Part shown: positions 1 to 10,847 of the stretch, piece after piece | Position numbering within the stretch: the stretch's first letter is position 1 | Layout of the letters: each line of letters opens with the position of its first letter | Assembly: GCA_963789265.1 (NCBI GenBank) | Contig: CAWBKB010000005.1 | Location: 256,001-320,000, forward strand | Direction: 5' to 3' | DNA: 64,000 nt | Origin: an uncultured delta proteobacterium | Lineage (GTDB): Bacteria > Desulfobacterota > Desulfomonilia > Desulfomonilales > Desulfomonilaceae | Position numbers and translations under genes: made by a program | The notes under the pieces: generated by a model | Database searches by the model: none | Told to the model about the DNA's origin: nothing | The model's input: only the letters and a program-made list of their open reading frames with translations

Positions 1-74
1 CCACTATAGAAGATTCCCGCACGGCTTCACCGTGGGAAATGACCGGATTGCAGGCCAAGCCTTAGGTACAGGCA

Positions 75-269
75 TTAGCTTTCATCAGGCTTCGGCACAG
101 TGAGACATCGTCCTTTTTCAGAAATTTTGTCCCTGCGCGCACCGGTATGACCCAGAGGATATAAACCAGCTTGCATAGCACAGTATGCGCACATACACTT
201 GTTTTCGCGAGTGTAGACCTCGTTTTCAGAAATCTCTTTGCCGCAATTATTGCACGACGCATGTTCCAT
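75..269 (-). CDS. Small zinc-finger-like protein (64 aa)
   Basis: CNNC ... CAYC (CxxC-x17-CxxC) pattern; purine-rich AGGGG upstream of ATG. Confidence 0.6.
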   Translation of the reverse strand: MEHASCNNCGKEISENEVYTRENKCMCAYCAMQAGLYPLGHTGARRDKISEKGRCLTVPKPDES

Positions 270-408
270 GCTAATTTCCCCCTGTTCATGCTATCAGTCA
301 TTTCCGTTTCTACATATACTTCGCCACGAATCCTCCAGTCAATCAGAATAGTTCCGGTGGTCGCCATCTGACCGAAGCTCCGCGGGTCACCATTATACGC
401 GAGCTCGC

Positions 409-670
409 GTAGGGGGTGGTGAACCGTCCCGCGAAACGCTGGATCCGTGTCGCAGTCATCGAGGACCTCTCTGCTAAGCTTTTGGGGACGACTCCAACGG
501 CATGGTTCCCCTGCGTTCGCACATAGGCGTTAAGATAACAAAGAGTCCTCTGTAATTTCAGTTAGTTGTCCCCCTCCCCTGCCCCCTCCTTTGATGGGAG
601 GGGGATTTTTGAGCGAATCCTCCGCTCTTATCTTAACGCCTATGTGCGTTCGCTGGGTTCACCTCATCCG
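409..670. repeat. Degenerate GTAG-type REP doublet interrupted by a MITE
   Basis: GTAGGGGGTGGTGAACC at 409-425; inverted partner GGTTCACCTCATCC at 656-669. Confidence 0.4.
522..644. mobile_element. 123-bp MITE with IS4-like CAT...ATG ends
   Basis: Perfect 17-bp terminal inverted repeats CATAGGCGTTAAGATAA (522-538) / TTATCTTAACGCCTATG (628-644). Flanking direct repeat TGCGTTCGC(A/T) at 512-521 and 645-654. No ORF. Confidence 0.85.
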
Positions 671-823
671 ATGCACTGGTCGGCCTCCTCTTTCACAGCG
701 GAGTGTAAGGCATTATCTCTGTGTAATTAAATAGTTGAATGCGACGAAAATTTTAGGTTGTCGCCGAATCGGTGGAGAGTGTATAAAGATCGTTCATCCC
801 AAACTCTGCTGATGGAATCATTG

Positions 824-1723
824 ATGAAGATTTTTCGGCATTGCCGCGCTTGGCGGTACGCTCTTCTGGTCGGCGTGGTCGTAACGGCATTTGCCGTGGA
901 AGCAACGGCGAAAGGGACGTCAGATGTCACGCGCGCAAATACCCCCCTTGCGCATACTCGTTCCTGGGTAATGATTGGCCTTTCTCCCGATGGATGCTCG
1001 GGGGGATGCAGGCACGTCTTTTCGGTCATAAAGAAGCTAAGCGGTAATCCCAACGGTATTGTAGTTCACTTCAGCAAGGTGACTCCTGAGTGGCTTGCAG
1101 AGCTTCAGCCCGCGTTTATCATTCTCAGCCCCCAGGGAACACCCTGGTGCCGCTACACCGGCGAAATGGGCGTTTCACTTCAGAATTTCCTCTGGATGCT
1201 GCCTATGGCAGCCGAAGAGATGAATATCCCTATATTGGGTATATGCGGCGGCCATCAAGCGCTGGCGCTGGCATTCGGGGGGAAGGTCGGCCCCATTAGG
1301 GCCGGTGAAGATGATTGCATGCCGTACACTCGAGATCGCCAGGGAGGCGTGGTACCCTTGACACTCCTGGCCCCCGATCCGATCTTCAAGGGTATTGGCA
1401 GTACCATGCGGATTGTGGAGAGCCATTTTGACGAAGTTAAGGTATTACCGCCGGGTTTCGTGTTATTGGCCTCGAACAAACTCAGCCCCAACCAGATCAT
1501 GCGGCACCCTACAAAACCGGTTTACGGAGTTCAGGGGCATCCGGAGTGTTTTTACGGTAGCCATTCCGGGGGGAGAATCTTAATCCGGAACTTTCTTGAG
1601 ATTGCCTTGGCTCACGATCAGGCCCTCAAAAGTGCTCACGCGCCGGCAATGCCAAGACTCCTTTCCTTTTTTGTCCCAGGGATGGGCCTACTGAACAGCT
1701 ACGATGATTCTGAAAGATTTTGA
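824..1723 (+). CDS. Class I glutamine amidotransferase-like protein with predicted signal peptide
   Basis: Nucleophile elbow GICGGHQ, ESHFDEV, catalytic QGHPE; N-terminal basic plus hydrophobic segment ending ATA. Start uncertain (812 or 824). Confidence 0.85.
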   Translation: MKIFRHCRAWRYALLVGVVVTAFAVEATAKGTSDVTRANTPLAHTRSWVMIGLSPDGCSGGCRHVFSVIKKLSGNPNGIVVHFSKVTPEWLAELQPAFIILSPQGTPWCRYTGEMGVSLQNFLWMLPMAAEEMNIPILGICGGHQALALAFGGKVGPIRAGEDDCMPYTRDRQGGVVPLTLLAPDPIFKGIGSTMRIVESHFDEVKVLPPGFVLLASNKLSPNQIMRHPTKPVYGVQGHPECFYGSHSGGRILIRNFLEIALAHDQALKSAHAPAMPRLLSFFVPGMGLLNSYDDSERF

Positions 1724-1791
1724 AAGGCCTATTTCGGGAGATCTTGGAAAGATGCTTCTTGGTAATGACTGTCCGGCAATATGCCGTTGTT

Positions 1792-4389
1792 TTAACTGAA
1801 ACGGCCTTGCAAAAAACCGTTCATGCTCGCGCCCACTCCCTTTAAATATGTGACAATTCTCGGGTGGCCCTCGAAATAAGCTTCCATCAAAGCAGTCCAG
1901 CCGAATTCTGTTTTAGCGTTCACATCAGCGCCCGCGGCCACAAGCTTCCTGACTACTGCCGGCGACCCCGCGGCCGCGGCGACCATCAAGGCTGTCTTGC
2001 CTGTCTTGTCCTTGGCCTGGGGGTCCGCGCCACAGGATAAAAGCAGTTCGACCATTGCAAGCTGCCCCTTGCGAGCAGCCCAGAAGAGGGGAGTATTGCC
2101 GAATTTATTTGTGGCATTGACGTTTGCGCCACGATCGAGAAGCAGCTTCAAGACCTCCCTGCGGCCATTGTAGCAAGCCCAAAACAAAGCGGTATTGCCA
2201 TATTTGGCGTCCCTCGAATTGACGTCTGCTCCTTTTAGCAAAAGCAGACTAACGATCTTGGCATGGTTCCAATATGACGCATCCAGGAGAGCTTTGTCGG
2301 TCTCGTTGCTGCGTCGTGCCGGGTCGGCTCCTCCTGCCAAGAGAGCTTCAGCAGCCTCCGCGCGCCCCAGTCTCAGCGCATAGCCCAAGGCGGTGGTACC
2401 CCGGCTGCTCACCGCATTCGCGTTCGCACCGTGCCGCAAAAGTAGTTCCACCACATTACGGTGCCCCCCGATCGCAGCCGCCATAAGCGGAGTTTTGCCG
2501 GATCTGTTCCGGGCATTAACATCGGCACCCTTGGATAAAAGTAGCTCAACAGGGAGTTGGTGACCCTTTACCGCCGCCCAGAAGAGGCTGGTGTTGCCAT
2601 ATTTGTTATCCCTGGCATGGACATCCGCCCCTCGCGCAAGGAGAAGATCTACGGCTGCGAAATCACCCTTGTAGGAAGCCCAGGATAAGGCGGTAATTCC
2701 GTGTTTCTTGTGGCGAGCATCGACATCCGCCCCCTCGGACAGGAGGAGATCGAGCACTGAGAGGTGTCCTTTCCAGGCAGCCCACAGCACCGGATGCGCT
2801 TCGTGCTTTTCTCGGCCGACAAGGGTAGCGCCCCGCTTCAGGAGAATACGCGCCACATCCGTGTCGCCTCTATCACATGCCCAAAATAGGGCCGTGCAGC
2901 CCGTTCTGCTTCGCGCGTTAGGATATGCGCCCCGGTCCAGGAGGAATTCCACGACTCGGGCCTGGCCCGCTCTAGCCGCCCACAGCAACGGCGTATTTCC
3001 TGCGCGATCCCGCGTATGGACGTCCGATCGTTGGACCAACAGAAGCTTCACCGCCTCAATATGTCCCCTGTATGCCGCCCAGAACAAGGCAGTGCTCTGG
3101 TATCGAATGTCCCTTACGGTGGGATCCGCTCCTCCATTCAGCAGGAGAGCCACTACTTCCTCGTTCCCACTGAACGCAGCCCAAAACAACGGCGTGTGAT
3201 TATTGTTATTTCTCGTATTTGGATGGGCGCCTCGTGCCAATAAGAGCCTCACCATTGTCGCGTGCCCCTTGTAGGATGCCCAGAACAGTGCTGAGTTGCC
3301 ATATTTGCTCCGGCCGTTCACCTCGGCTCCTCTAGCTAGCAGCAGGCTTGCCACAGCGACAGCACCGGCGCCGGCAGCGCAAATCAATGCCGTTTTCTTA
3401 TCTTTGTCACAAGCAGTGACGTCAGCCCCCCATGCCAGAAGTACCTGCACAACCTTCGGACGATTCGCACGGGCAGCTAGAATTAAGGGGGTGACTCCAA
3501 ACAAGTTTCGGACGTCAACAGGGGCCCCCCAAGTGAGCAGAAGCTTCACGACCTCAGTCCGACCTTTGAATGCAGCCCAATGTAAAGGAGTGCTGCCATA
3601 TTTGTTGCGGACTCGAGCATCTGCGCTCCGGAACAAGAGCCGTTCCACCACGGCCAAATGTCCTTTGGAGCACGCCCAGAAAAGAGCGGTACACCCGTAG
3701 TGCGTCTCCTTCACGTTGACATCGGCCCCTCTTTCGAGGAGTAACTCGACCAGTTCAACATCTCCGATTCTTGCCGCGGCAATTAACGGCGTATACCCTT
3801 GTCCGTCTTCTGCATCAATATCCGCGCCTCGATCAAGCAGTAACTCGACCAATTCCGGGTGGCCGGATGTCGAGGCTATAAGCAGTGCGGTCTTGTTGGT
3901 TGTCTCTTTGGCGTGAGGATCCGTCCTCATGTCGAGAAGCAGTTCCACCACTTGTAGGTGCCCTTGCCTGACCGCCCAGGCCAGTGGCGTATTGCCGTCT
4001 CGATCCGCCGAATTGACTTCCGCTCCATGCCCGCACAGTAAGGCTACTGCCTCCGCGTGACCCCAGAGCGCTGCTTTATGAAGCGCCGTGTCCCCATCCT
4101 TATTGGCAACGTTTATCCATCCCCCTCGATCAAGCAGGAGTTGGACTATATGGGCATGACCTGCCAGGGAAGCCTCCATCAGGGCGGAGTTTCCTGAAGC
4201 GTCCGTGGCGTTCACATCCGCGCCGGCATCAAGGAGTAAACTCACGACAGCCTGATGCCCCCCCAGTGAAGCTGCCATCAAAGCCGTACCATCAGTGCGG
4301 TCTGCATTTACATCGACACCTGCGGCAAGGAATTCTTCAACTGCGGCCACGTTGCCGACGCGAGCAGAATGTATGAGTTGTTCCTGCAT
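1792..4389 (-). CDS. Large ankyrin-repeat protein (~865 aa)
   Basis: About 25 tandem G-x-TAL/TPL-xxAA-xxG...LL-xxGADVN repeats covering nearly the whole ORF; start taken at MQEQL. Confidence 0.95.
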   Translation of the reverse strand: MQEQLIHSARVGNVAAVEEFLAAGVDVNADRTDGTALMAASLGGHQAVVSLLLDAGADVNATDASGNSALMEASLAGHAHIVQLLLDRGGWINVANKDGDTALHKAALWGHAEAVALLCGHGAEVNSADRDGNTPLAWAVRQGHLQVVELLLDMRTDPHAKETTNKTALLIASTSGHPELVELLLDRGADIDAEDGQGYTPLIAAARIGDVELVELLLERGADVNVKETHYGCTALFWACSKGHLAVVERLLFRSADARVRNKYGSTPLHWAAFKGRTEVVKLLLTWGAPVDVRNLFGVTPLILAARANRPKVVQVLLAWGADVTACDKDKKTALICAAGAGAVAVASLLLARGAEVNGRSKYGNSALFWASYKGHATMVRLLLARGAHPNTRNNNNHTPLFWAAFSGNEEVVALLLNGGADPTVRDIRYQSTALFWAAYRGHIEAVKLLLVQRSDVHTRDRAGNTPLLWAARAGQARVVEFLLDRGAYPNARSRTGCTALFWACDRGDTDVARILLKRGATLVGREKHEAHPVLWAAWKGHLSVLDLLLSEGADVDARHKKHGITALSWASYKGDFAAVDLLLARGADVHARDNKYGNTSLFWAAVKGHQLPVELLLSKGADVNARNRSGKTPLMAAAIGGHRNVVELLLRHGANANAVSSRGTTALGYALRLGRAEAAEALLAGGADPARRSNETDKALLDASYWNHAKIVSLLLLKGADVNSRDAKYGNTALFWACYNGRREVLKLLLDRGANVNATNKFGNTPLFWAARKGQLAMVELLLSCGADPQAKDKTGKTALMVAAAAGSPAVVRKLVAAGADVNAKTEFGWTALMEAYFEGHPRIVTYLKGVGASMNGFLQGRFS

Positions 4390-4913
4390 GATGCCAATGC
4401 CTTCTATATGCCGCGGTATGCTGAGATTCCGAAGAAACGCTTTAGAGGGGAGCCGGTGCGAGCCGTTTGGAATTGCCAAGTTCCCCTTACAAGGCCGGCC
4501 ATGGAAGAACTCGTCGGTCCCGGAGTGGGGAAGCTCAACTAATCCAACTATTTCTGTTGATTGCACCAAGCCTTTTGTCTTTTGTTGTATTATACCATAA
4601 TTATTTCCATTTTCGTAGATATGACGCACTAGCTACAGCGCGATGTGACTTGTTCACAAACACCATAACATGGTAAAATACTATCCGGTTACCCTTCCTG
4701 ACACCATATCGTCAAGCATAGATGCTTACGAACTTAAACATGGCCGCTAATATTCATCCCGGATGGCCTCTTTCCGGCCGCCGGGTGATTCGGCTCATTT
4801 AAGTATGGCTGCGGGAATCAACATTCGCGGCACAGCTCGCCGCGAAACGCTCGAAGAGCAACAGAATGAGGACCGACCAAAATCACACCTGACATATCAT
4901 ACGGAGGTAGTTC

Positions 4914-6171
4914 ATGGGTGATGAAGAGCGAAAAGTCCTGGTAGTCGGAGGCGGAATAAGCGGGATGACCGCCGCCATTGAAGCCGCCGAAGCCGGAGCG
5001 GAAGCAGTTCTGGTGGAGAAGAACCCTTATTTGGGCGGGCGCGTGGCCCTTCTCAATCAGTACTTTCCCAAGCTGTGTCCCACTAATTGCGGCCTTGAAA
5101 TAAATTTTAGGCGCATCAAACAGAATCCCAGGATAACTTATCACACGCTTGCCGAAGTGGAATCCATCTCGGGGGGTCCAGGTGCCTACGAAGTTACCTT
5201 GCTCCTGAAACCTCGGTACGTGAACGACAATTGCACAGCTTGCGGAAAGTGTTCCGAAGTCTGCGAAACCCGTGTGCCGAATCCTGTCAACTATAATATG
5301 GATACGGTGCCGGCAGCGCACTTGCCCCACTCGATGGCCTTTCCGTTCAAGTACTTACTGGCACCTGAAATCATAGGGACGCCGGAAGCCGGGAAGTGCG
5401 CTGAGGCTTGCGCTTACAGCGCTATAGACCTGGACATGCAGCCCGCGAAGGTCACTTACAATGTCGGCGCGGTCGTGTGGGCCACCGGCTGGGATCCTGT
5501 ACGAGGCCACAAAGGTGGACTATCTCGGCCTGGGAAGAATCCCCAATGTGGTCACAAGCGTCATGTTTGAACGCCTGGCCGCGTACAACGGGCCAACCGG
5601 CGGGAAAATCCTGAGACCATCCGATGGGAAAGAGGTCAAAAGCGTCGCGTTTGTCCAGTGCGCAGGTTCCAGAGACGAAAATCACCTGGCATACTGCTCC
5701 GGGATTTGCTGCCTCGCTTCTTTGAAACAAGCCACGTACATAAGGGAGCAAGTGCCGGAAAGCAAAGCCTTTATCTACTACATCGACGTTCGAGCCATGG
5801 GGAAATACGAAGATTTCTATGTCAAGGTCGACCAGGACGAGAACATAACACTGACCAAGAGCAAAATCGCCAGGATTTCGGAAGATCCTGCATCCGGCGG
5901 GGTTTTGGTCGAAGGCGAAGATATCGGCCAAGGAGCCCAGGTCAAGGAAGTTGTAGATCTAGCGGTCCTGGCGGTGGGCATGGTTCCCGGAACAGCAACC
6001 GTGAAGCCGGCTCTTGAAATGGAATACGACGACTTCGGTTTTGTGACCTCGTCCGGGAACTCGGGGATTGTTCCGGCAGGATGTGTCAAAGCGCCCATGG
6101 AGGTCGCGGCTTCCGTACAAGACGCAACGGCTGCGGCCCTCAAAGCAATTCAGCGGACGATGGGGAGGTAG
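4914..6171 (+). CDS. qmoA: QmoA-type HdrA-family flavoprotein (frameshift near 5499)
   Basis: VVGGGISG FAD motif, EKNPYLGGRVxxLNxYFPKLCP, CAGSRDENHLAYCSGICC. ORFs 4914-5570 and 5461-6171 join at WDP/YEA if one base is removed. SD GGAGG. Confidence 0.88.
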
Positions 6172-6176
6172 TGTTT

Positions 6177-8316
6177 ATGGATCAGAAAATCGGAGTCTAT
6201 ATGTGCTCGGGATGCGGCATCGGAGAATCCATAGACTTGGAAGCCCTCTCCGCAGTTGCCAATGAGTTCAGCATAGCCAAGACTGAGAGCCATCCGGCCC
6301 TTTGCAGCCAAGAAGGGGTCAGCATCATCAGAAAGGACATAGAATCAGGGGCTGTCAACTGCGTGGTGGCCGCGGCATGTTCCGGAAGGGTCAAGACCGA
6401 CGTCTTTGCGTTCGATCCCATGACCACCATACTGGAAAGACTGAATATCAGGGAGCACGTGGCCTGGTGCCAGCCCGCAGGGGCCGAAGACACGCAGATG
6501 ATGGCTGAAGATTACATGCGCATGGCCATAACCAGAGTCGAGAAGACGACGCTGCCCAAACCGTACCAGGAAGCAACAGACAAAACAGTGTTGGTGGTCG
6601 GTGGAGGTGTGTCCGGTCTCCAGGCGTCACTGGATGCCGCTCGTGCCGGCTACAGCGTGATTCTGGTTGAAAAAGAGCCGGAACTTGGCGGACACATGGC
6701 CAAATGGCACAAAACCACACCCGCAAGGCCGCCCTACCAGGAGATCGAAGACATCGCTGTCCAAGAGATCGTCGATCAGGTTAAGGCTGAGAGCAACATC
6801 ACGATCAATACGGGCACAACGATTGAAAAGGTTGCCGGCGCGCCTGGTATGTTTGATGTTACGCTCACCAACGGCGGCGGAACTCATCGCGTGGGCTCTG
6901 TCGTGCTGGCTGCGGGAATGAAGCCTTACGACGCTGCCAAACTTGAGCACCTTTCCTACGGAAAATTCCCGGACATCATTACCAGCGTACAGATGGAAGA
7001 AATGGCCAAGGCCGGGAAGATCACGTGTCCATCCGACGGTTCGGAACCCTCGGTAGTTGCGTTCATTCAGTGCGCGGGCTCTCGCGATCAGAACCACCTG
7101 CCGTATTGCAGCGCGGTTTGCTGCCGGGTCTCCTTGAAACAGGCAGAGTACGTAAAGGAGCAGAACGAGGAAAACAAAGTTGTGGTCTTCTACAAAGACA
7201 TCCGGTCGCCCGAACAGCATGAAGAATTTTATAGGAAAGTGCAGAAGGACGGCGTTGTCTTTGTGAAAACCGACACCTCGAAAGTCGCCATAAGTGAGGG
7301 GACTGAGCGCAAGCTCTCCATCGAGACTATGGACGAGTTGTTAGGCGAGCCTGTGCAGATGCAGGCCGATCTGATAGTCCTGGCGATAGGCATGCAGCCT
7401 GCAGTCTTGGACGATCCGATCCTCAATCTGCAGTACCGCCAAGGACCTGCCTTGCCTGAGTTGAAGTACGGCTTCCCGGACTCGCACTTCGTTTGTTTCC
7501 CGTACGAGACACGGAGAACCGGCATTTATACCGCGGGATGTGTCCGTCAGCCCATGACCTCAACCAGAGCCACAAATGACGGAACCGGTGCAGCTCTTAA
7601 GGCCATTCAGTGCATCGAACAAACCGCTCTGGGAAAAGCCGTTCACCCACGGGCAGGTGATACGTCTTACCCGGAGCTTTTCGTTCAGCGATGCACACAG
7701 TGCAAGCGTTGCACTGAAGAATGCCCGTTCGGTATGTACAACGAGGATGAAAAAGGAACTCCTTTGCCGCATCCCACTCGATGTCGGCGCTGCGGCATCT
7801 GCATGGGTTCCTGTCCCGAGCGTATCATCTCTTTCAATAATTATTCGGTGGATATGATCGGTTCCATGATCAAGTCCATCAATGTGCCTGACGAGTACCG
7901 ATGAGAAACCTCGTATAATTGGATTGATTTGTGAAAACGATGCTTTTCCCGCGCTGGACATGGTAGGGCTCCACAAGCTACAGTACCCGCCGTGGGTGAG
8001 GTTCATCCCGTTGAGGTGTCTGGGCTCCATGAACTTGGTCTGGATTGCGGACGCCCTGTCCAAGGGGATAGATGGGATAGTGCTCTTTGGATGCAAATTT
8101 GGAGACGATTACCAGTGCCACTTTATTCAGGGTAGTGAATTGGCGAACACTCGAATGAGCAAGATAAAGGAGACACTGGACCGGTTGGTCCTTGAATCGG
8201 ACAGGATACGGTTGGAGCAGATTTCTATTGACGATTACTGGAGGATCCCGGAAATCCTGGAGGAGTTCACTGCCAAGCTTGAAGAACTCGGCCCCAATCC
8301 GTACAAAGGTTTTTAG
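6177..8316 (+). CDS. qmoB: QmoB-type HdrA-family protein with ferredoxin and C-terminal MvhD domains (frameshift near 7898)
   Basis: GVYMCSGCGIG, NIREHVAW, GGGVSG, FVCFPYETRRTGIY, CTQCKRCTEECP, CENDAFPALD...RCLGS...GCKFGDDYQCHF. Joins at DEY/DEKP. Confidence 0.9.
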
Positions 8317-8327
8317 AGGAAAGTATA

Positions 8328-9491
8328 ATGGAAACAAGAACACCAGATTTGGATGTTAGCGATGCCATAGTGTACTCCGGAGCTGAAACGCTTTACTGGT
8401 GCATGCAGTGCGGCCTCTGCACAGGGTCTTGTCCCTGGCGCTTGGTACCGGGCGAGGCATCTGAGCAGTTCAACATAAGAATGGTGCAGCGCCTGGGTCA
8501 ACTCGGTCTCGAAGGATTTGAATCGGAGAATTGCCTTTTTGCCTGCACTACGTGCAAGACTTGCGTAGATCGCTGCCCGCGCGGTGTGGACATCATCGGC
8601 AATGTCAGAGGAATGCGCAGCATGATGGCTGAAGTCGGGTCGATACCGCCGAGCCTTAAGCCCATAGCAGGCAGCTTGCACGCCCAGGGGAATCCGTGGT
8701 CCGGAGACCGGAACAAGCGGACCGAGTGGATTAAGGGCGTCGATGTCCCGACGTCTTCGGAAAATACCGAGTATTTCCTCTCCGTGTGCTGCACCTCCTG
8801 TTACGATGTCAGGAGCCAAAAGATCGCCCGCTCGGTTGCTAAAGCGCTCCAGGCGGCGGGGGTGAGTTTCGGAATCATTGGCAACGAGGAGAGTTGCTGC
8901 GGAGAGTCCATTCGGAAGATCGGCGACGAGGAACTCTTCCAAAAGGTGGCCAAATCCAACATAGATCTTTACAACAGCAAAGGCGTGAAAAAGATCATCG
9001 TTACCTCACCTCACTGCCTTTACACATTCAAGAACGAATATCCGGACCTGGGCGGAAAGTGGGAAGTTTTCCACTATACGGAGATTTTGGCTCAGGCGGT
9101 GGCTGAGGGGAAATTGAAACTCTCAGGTGACGCGATCGGTCCTGTAGCCATGCACGATCCGTGCTATTTGGGTCGCCACAACGAGATCTACGATCAGCCC
9201 CGAGAGCTGATCGCGGCCATTCCGGGCTCCGAGGTGAAAGAACTATCGAGGAATCGCAAGAACAGCCTCTGCTGCGGTGGCGGTGGCGGAAGAGTCTGGA
9301 TGGAAACCAAAGCCGGTGAGCGGTTCGCGGAGCTGCGCATTACCGAGGCGATTGAGTCGGGCGCCAAGACTCTGGTTACCGCGTGCCCGTATTGCATCAC
9401 CATGCTCGAAGATTCCTGCAACGTTATGGGGAAATCCGAGGAGCTGAAAGTGATGGAACTATCAGAGCTTATAGCGGAGAAGATCGGTTAA
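8328..9491 (+). CDS. HdrD-like Fe-S oxidoreductase (2x[4Fe-4S] plus two CCG domains)
   Basis: CMQCGLCTGSCP, CTTCKTCVDRCP, ESCCG, HDPCYLGRHN, CCGGGGG, TACPYC; no transmembrane region. Confidence 0.9.
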   Translation: METRTPDLDVSDAIVYSGAETLYWCMQCGLCTGSCPWRLVPGEASEQFNIRMVQRLGQLGLEGFESENCLFACTTCKTCVDRCPRGVDIIGNVRGMRSMMAEVGSIPPSLKPIAGSLHAQGNPWSGDRNKRTEWIKGVDVPTSSENTEYFLSVCCTSCYDVRSQKIARSVAKALQAAGVSFGIIGNEESCCGESIRKIGDEELFQKVAKSNIDLYNSKGVKKIIVTSPHCLYTFKNEYPDLGGKWEVFHYTEILAQAVAEGKLKLSGDAIGPVAMHDPCYLGRHNEIYDQPRELIAAIPGSEVKELSRNRKNSLCCGGGGGRVWMETKAGERFAELRITEAIESGAKTLVTACPYCITMLEDSCNVMGKSEELKVMELSELIAEKIG

Positions 9492-9504
9492 AAGTCTTGT
9501 AAGA

Positions 9505-9776
9505 GTAACCGGGGAGGGACTTTTTGCAACCTCGCGCGACGCGGGGCCTCTCCGGACGCCTCCTCAAAAACTCCTATAATTTGTAGTCTCTGGTGCCTAG
9601 GCTCCCGCCTGGGCACCCAGTATGCCTTCCGGGCTCTGCCTGGCTGTATGCCGAGATCCCGCGATTATTGGAGGCAGAGCCTGGCAACGAGAGAATGTAA
9701 GGGCAGGTTTCAAACCTGCCCCTACCATCAATGCAGTGGGCATCGCAAAGCCCCCGGCTCCTTCTCACAAACTCCT
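9505..9776. repeat. Cluster of REP-like palindromic repeats
   Basis: GGGGAGGGACTTTTTGCAA...CCTCCTCAAAAACTCC; GGCTCTGCCT...AGGCAGAGCC inverted pair; GGGCAGGTTTCAAACCTGCCCCTAC hairpin; lies between convergent genes. Confidence 0.55.
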
Positions 9777-10754
9777 CTAATTCTCACCTCTTATCGAATC
9801 AGTTGCGCAAATCTCAATAGCTCCGACCATATCCGCCGGCAACGGTGAAAAAAACTCCACATATTTCTGACTTCTTGGATGAGTGAAGCCAAGCACCGAC
9901 GCATGAAGCGCCTGCCTGTTGAGCACTTCCAGGGCTCTTAGTGGTCGCGGATCAGCGAGCCCTCCCTTTCCACGCATCTTTCCGTAAACAGGATCTCCCG
10001 CCACCGGCAAGCCGATATGAGCAAGATGAACCCTGATCTGATGCGTCCTACCCGTCTCAGGGTATACTTCAAGAAGTGTCAGGCCGCCAAACCGCTCTTT
10101 TACCCTCCATCTTGTGACCGCGCGGCGGCCCTTTCCTGTAGTGGTGGACATACGTTTTCTCTCCTTGACGTGCCTCCCTATCTCGGCATCGACGAGTCCG
10201 CTCTCCTGGCCCGGATCGCCCCTGACCAATGCCACATACACTCTGCGAATTGAATGAGCCTTGAATTGAGCCGACAGTGCGGCGTGCGCGGCGACCGTCT
10301 TTGCAAAAATCATAACCCCTGATGTGTCTTTATCGAGCCGATGGACCACGCCCCAACGACCCGGCTCGCCTACCTCCTTCATTTCCGGTCTCGTGCTTAT
10401 GAGGACATCCATGAGAGTGTTTGAAGGGCGTCCCGCACCGGGGTGCACGACGAAACCGGGGAGCTTGTCCACCACTATCAGATCCTCGTCCTCGAAAATG
10501 ATTCCAAATGATGGGGCTTCGATCTCGGGACTCGAGGTTGCAATCATTTTCTCAGGGAGAATCTTTATTTCGTCTCCAGGGCTTAGAACCGTGGAAGGGC
10601 TGATTGTACGGCCTCTCACTAGCACTCGGCCGCTCCGAATCATGCGCGCCACCGATGACCGGCTTTGGCTGGTCGCAAGGCAAGCGGCCAGGATCTTGTC
10701 AGCCCGGTCGGGGAGAGCATCTTCAGGGATCACAAATGAAGGCGGAAGGTCCAT
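9777..10754 (-). CDS. rluD: RluA/RluD-family pseudouridine synthase
   Basis: N-terminal S4-like region, VHRLDKDTSG catalytic motif, TGRTHQIRVH, RQALHA. Confidence 0.92.
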   Translation of the reverse strand: MDLPPSFVIPEDALPDRADKILAACLATSQSRSSVARMIRSGRVLVRGRTISPSTVLSPGDEIKILPEKMIATSSPEIEAPSFGIIFEDEDLIVVDKLPGFVVHPGAGRPSNTLMDVLISTRPEMKEVGEPGRWGVVHRLDKDTSGVMIFAKTVAAHAALSAQFKAHSIRRVYVALVRGDPGQESGLVDAEIGRHVKERKRMSTTTGKGRRAVTRWRVKERFGGLTLLEVYPETGRTHQIRVHLAHIGLPVAGDPVYGKMRGKGGLADPRPLRALEVLNRQALHASVLGFTHPRSQKYVEFFSPLPADMVGAIEICATDSIRGEN

Positions 10755-10847
10755 GTATTTACGCTTCTTACAATTTTGGTGAATTCGGCGTCTTTCCGGT
10801 TGGTCGCGCACTTGACTGATATGCTTCAATGCATCATGTCAGTGGAT

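Noticed and set aside
2195..4600. Numerous antisense ORFs over the ankyrin gene and other CDSs
   Set aside because: Shadow ORFs of GC-rich coding sequence without motifs or RBS.
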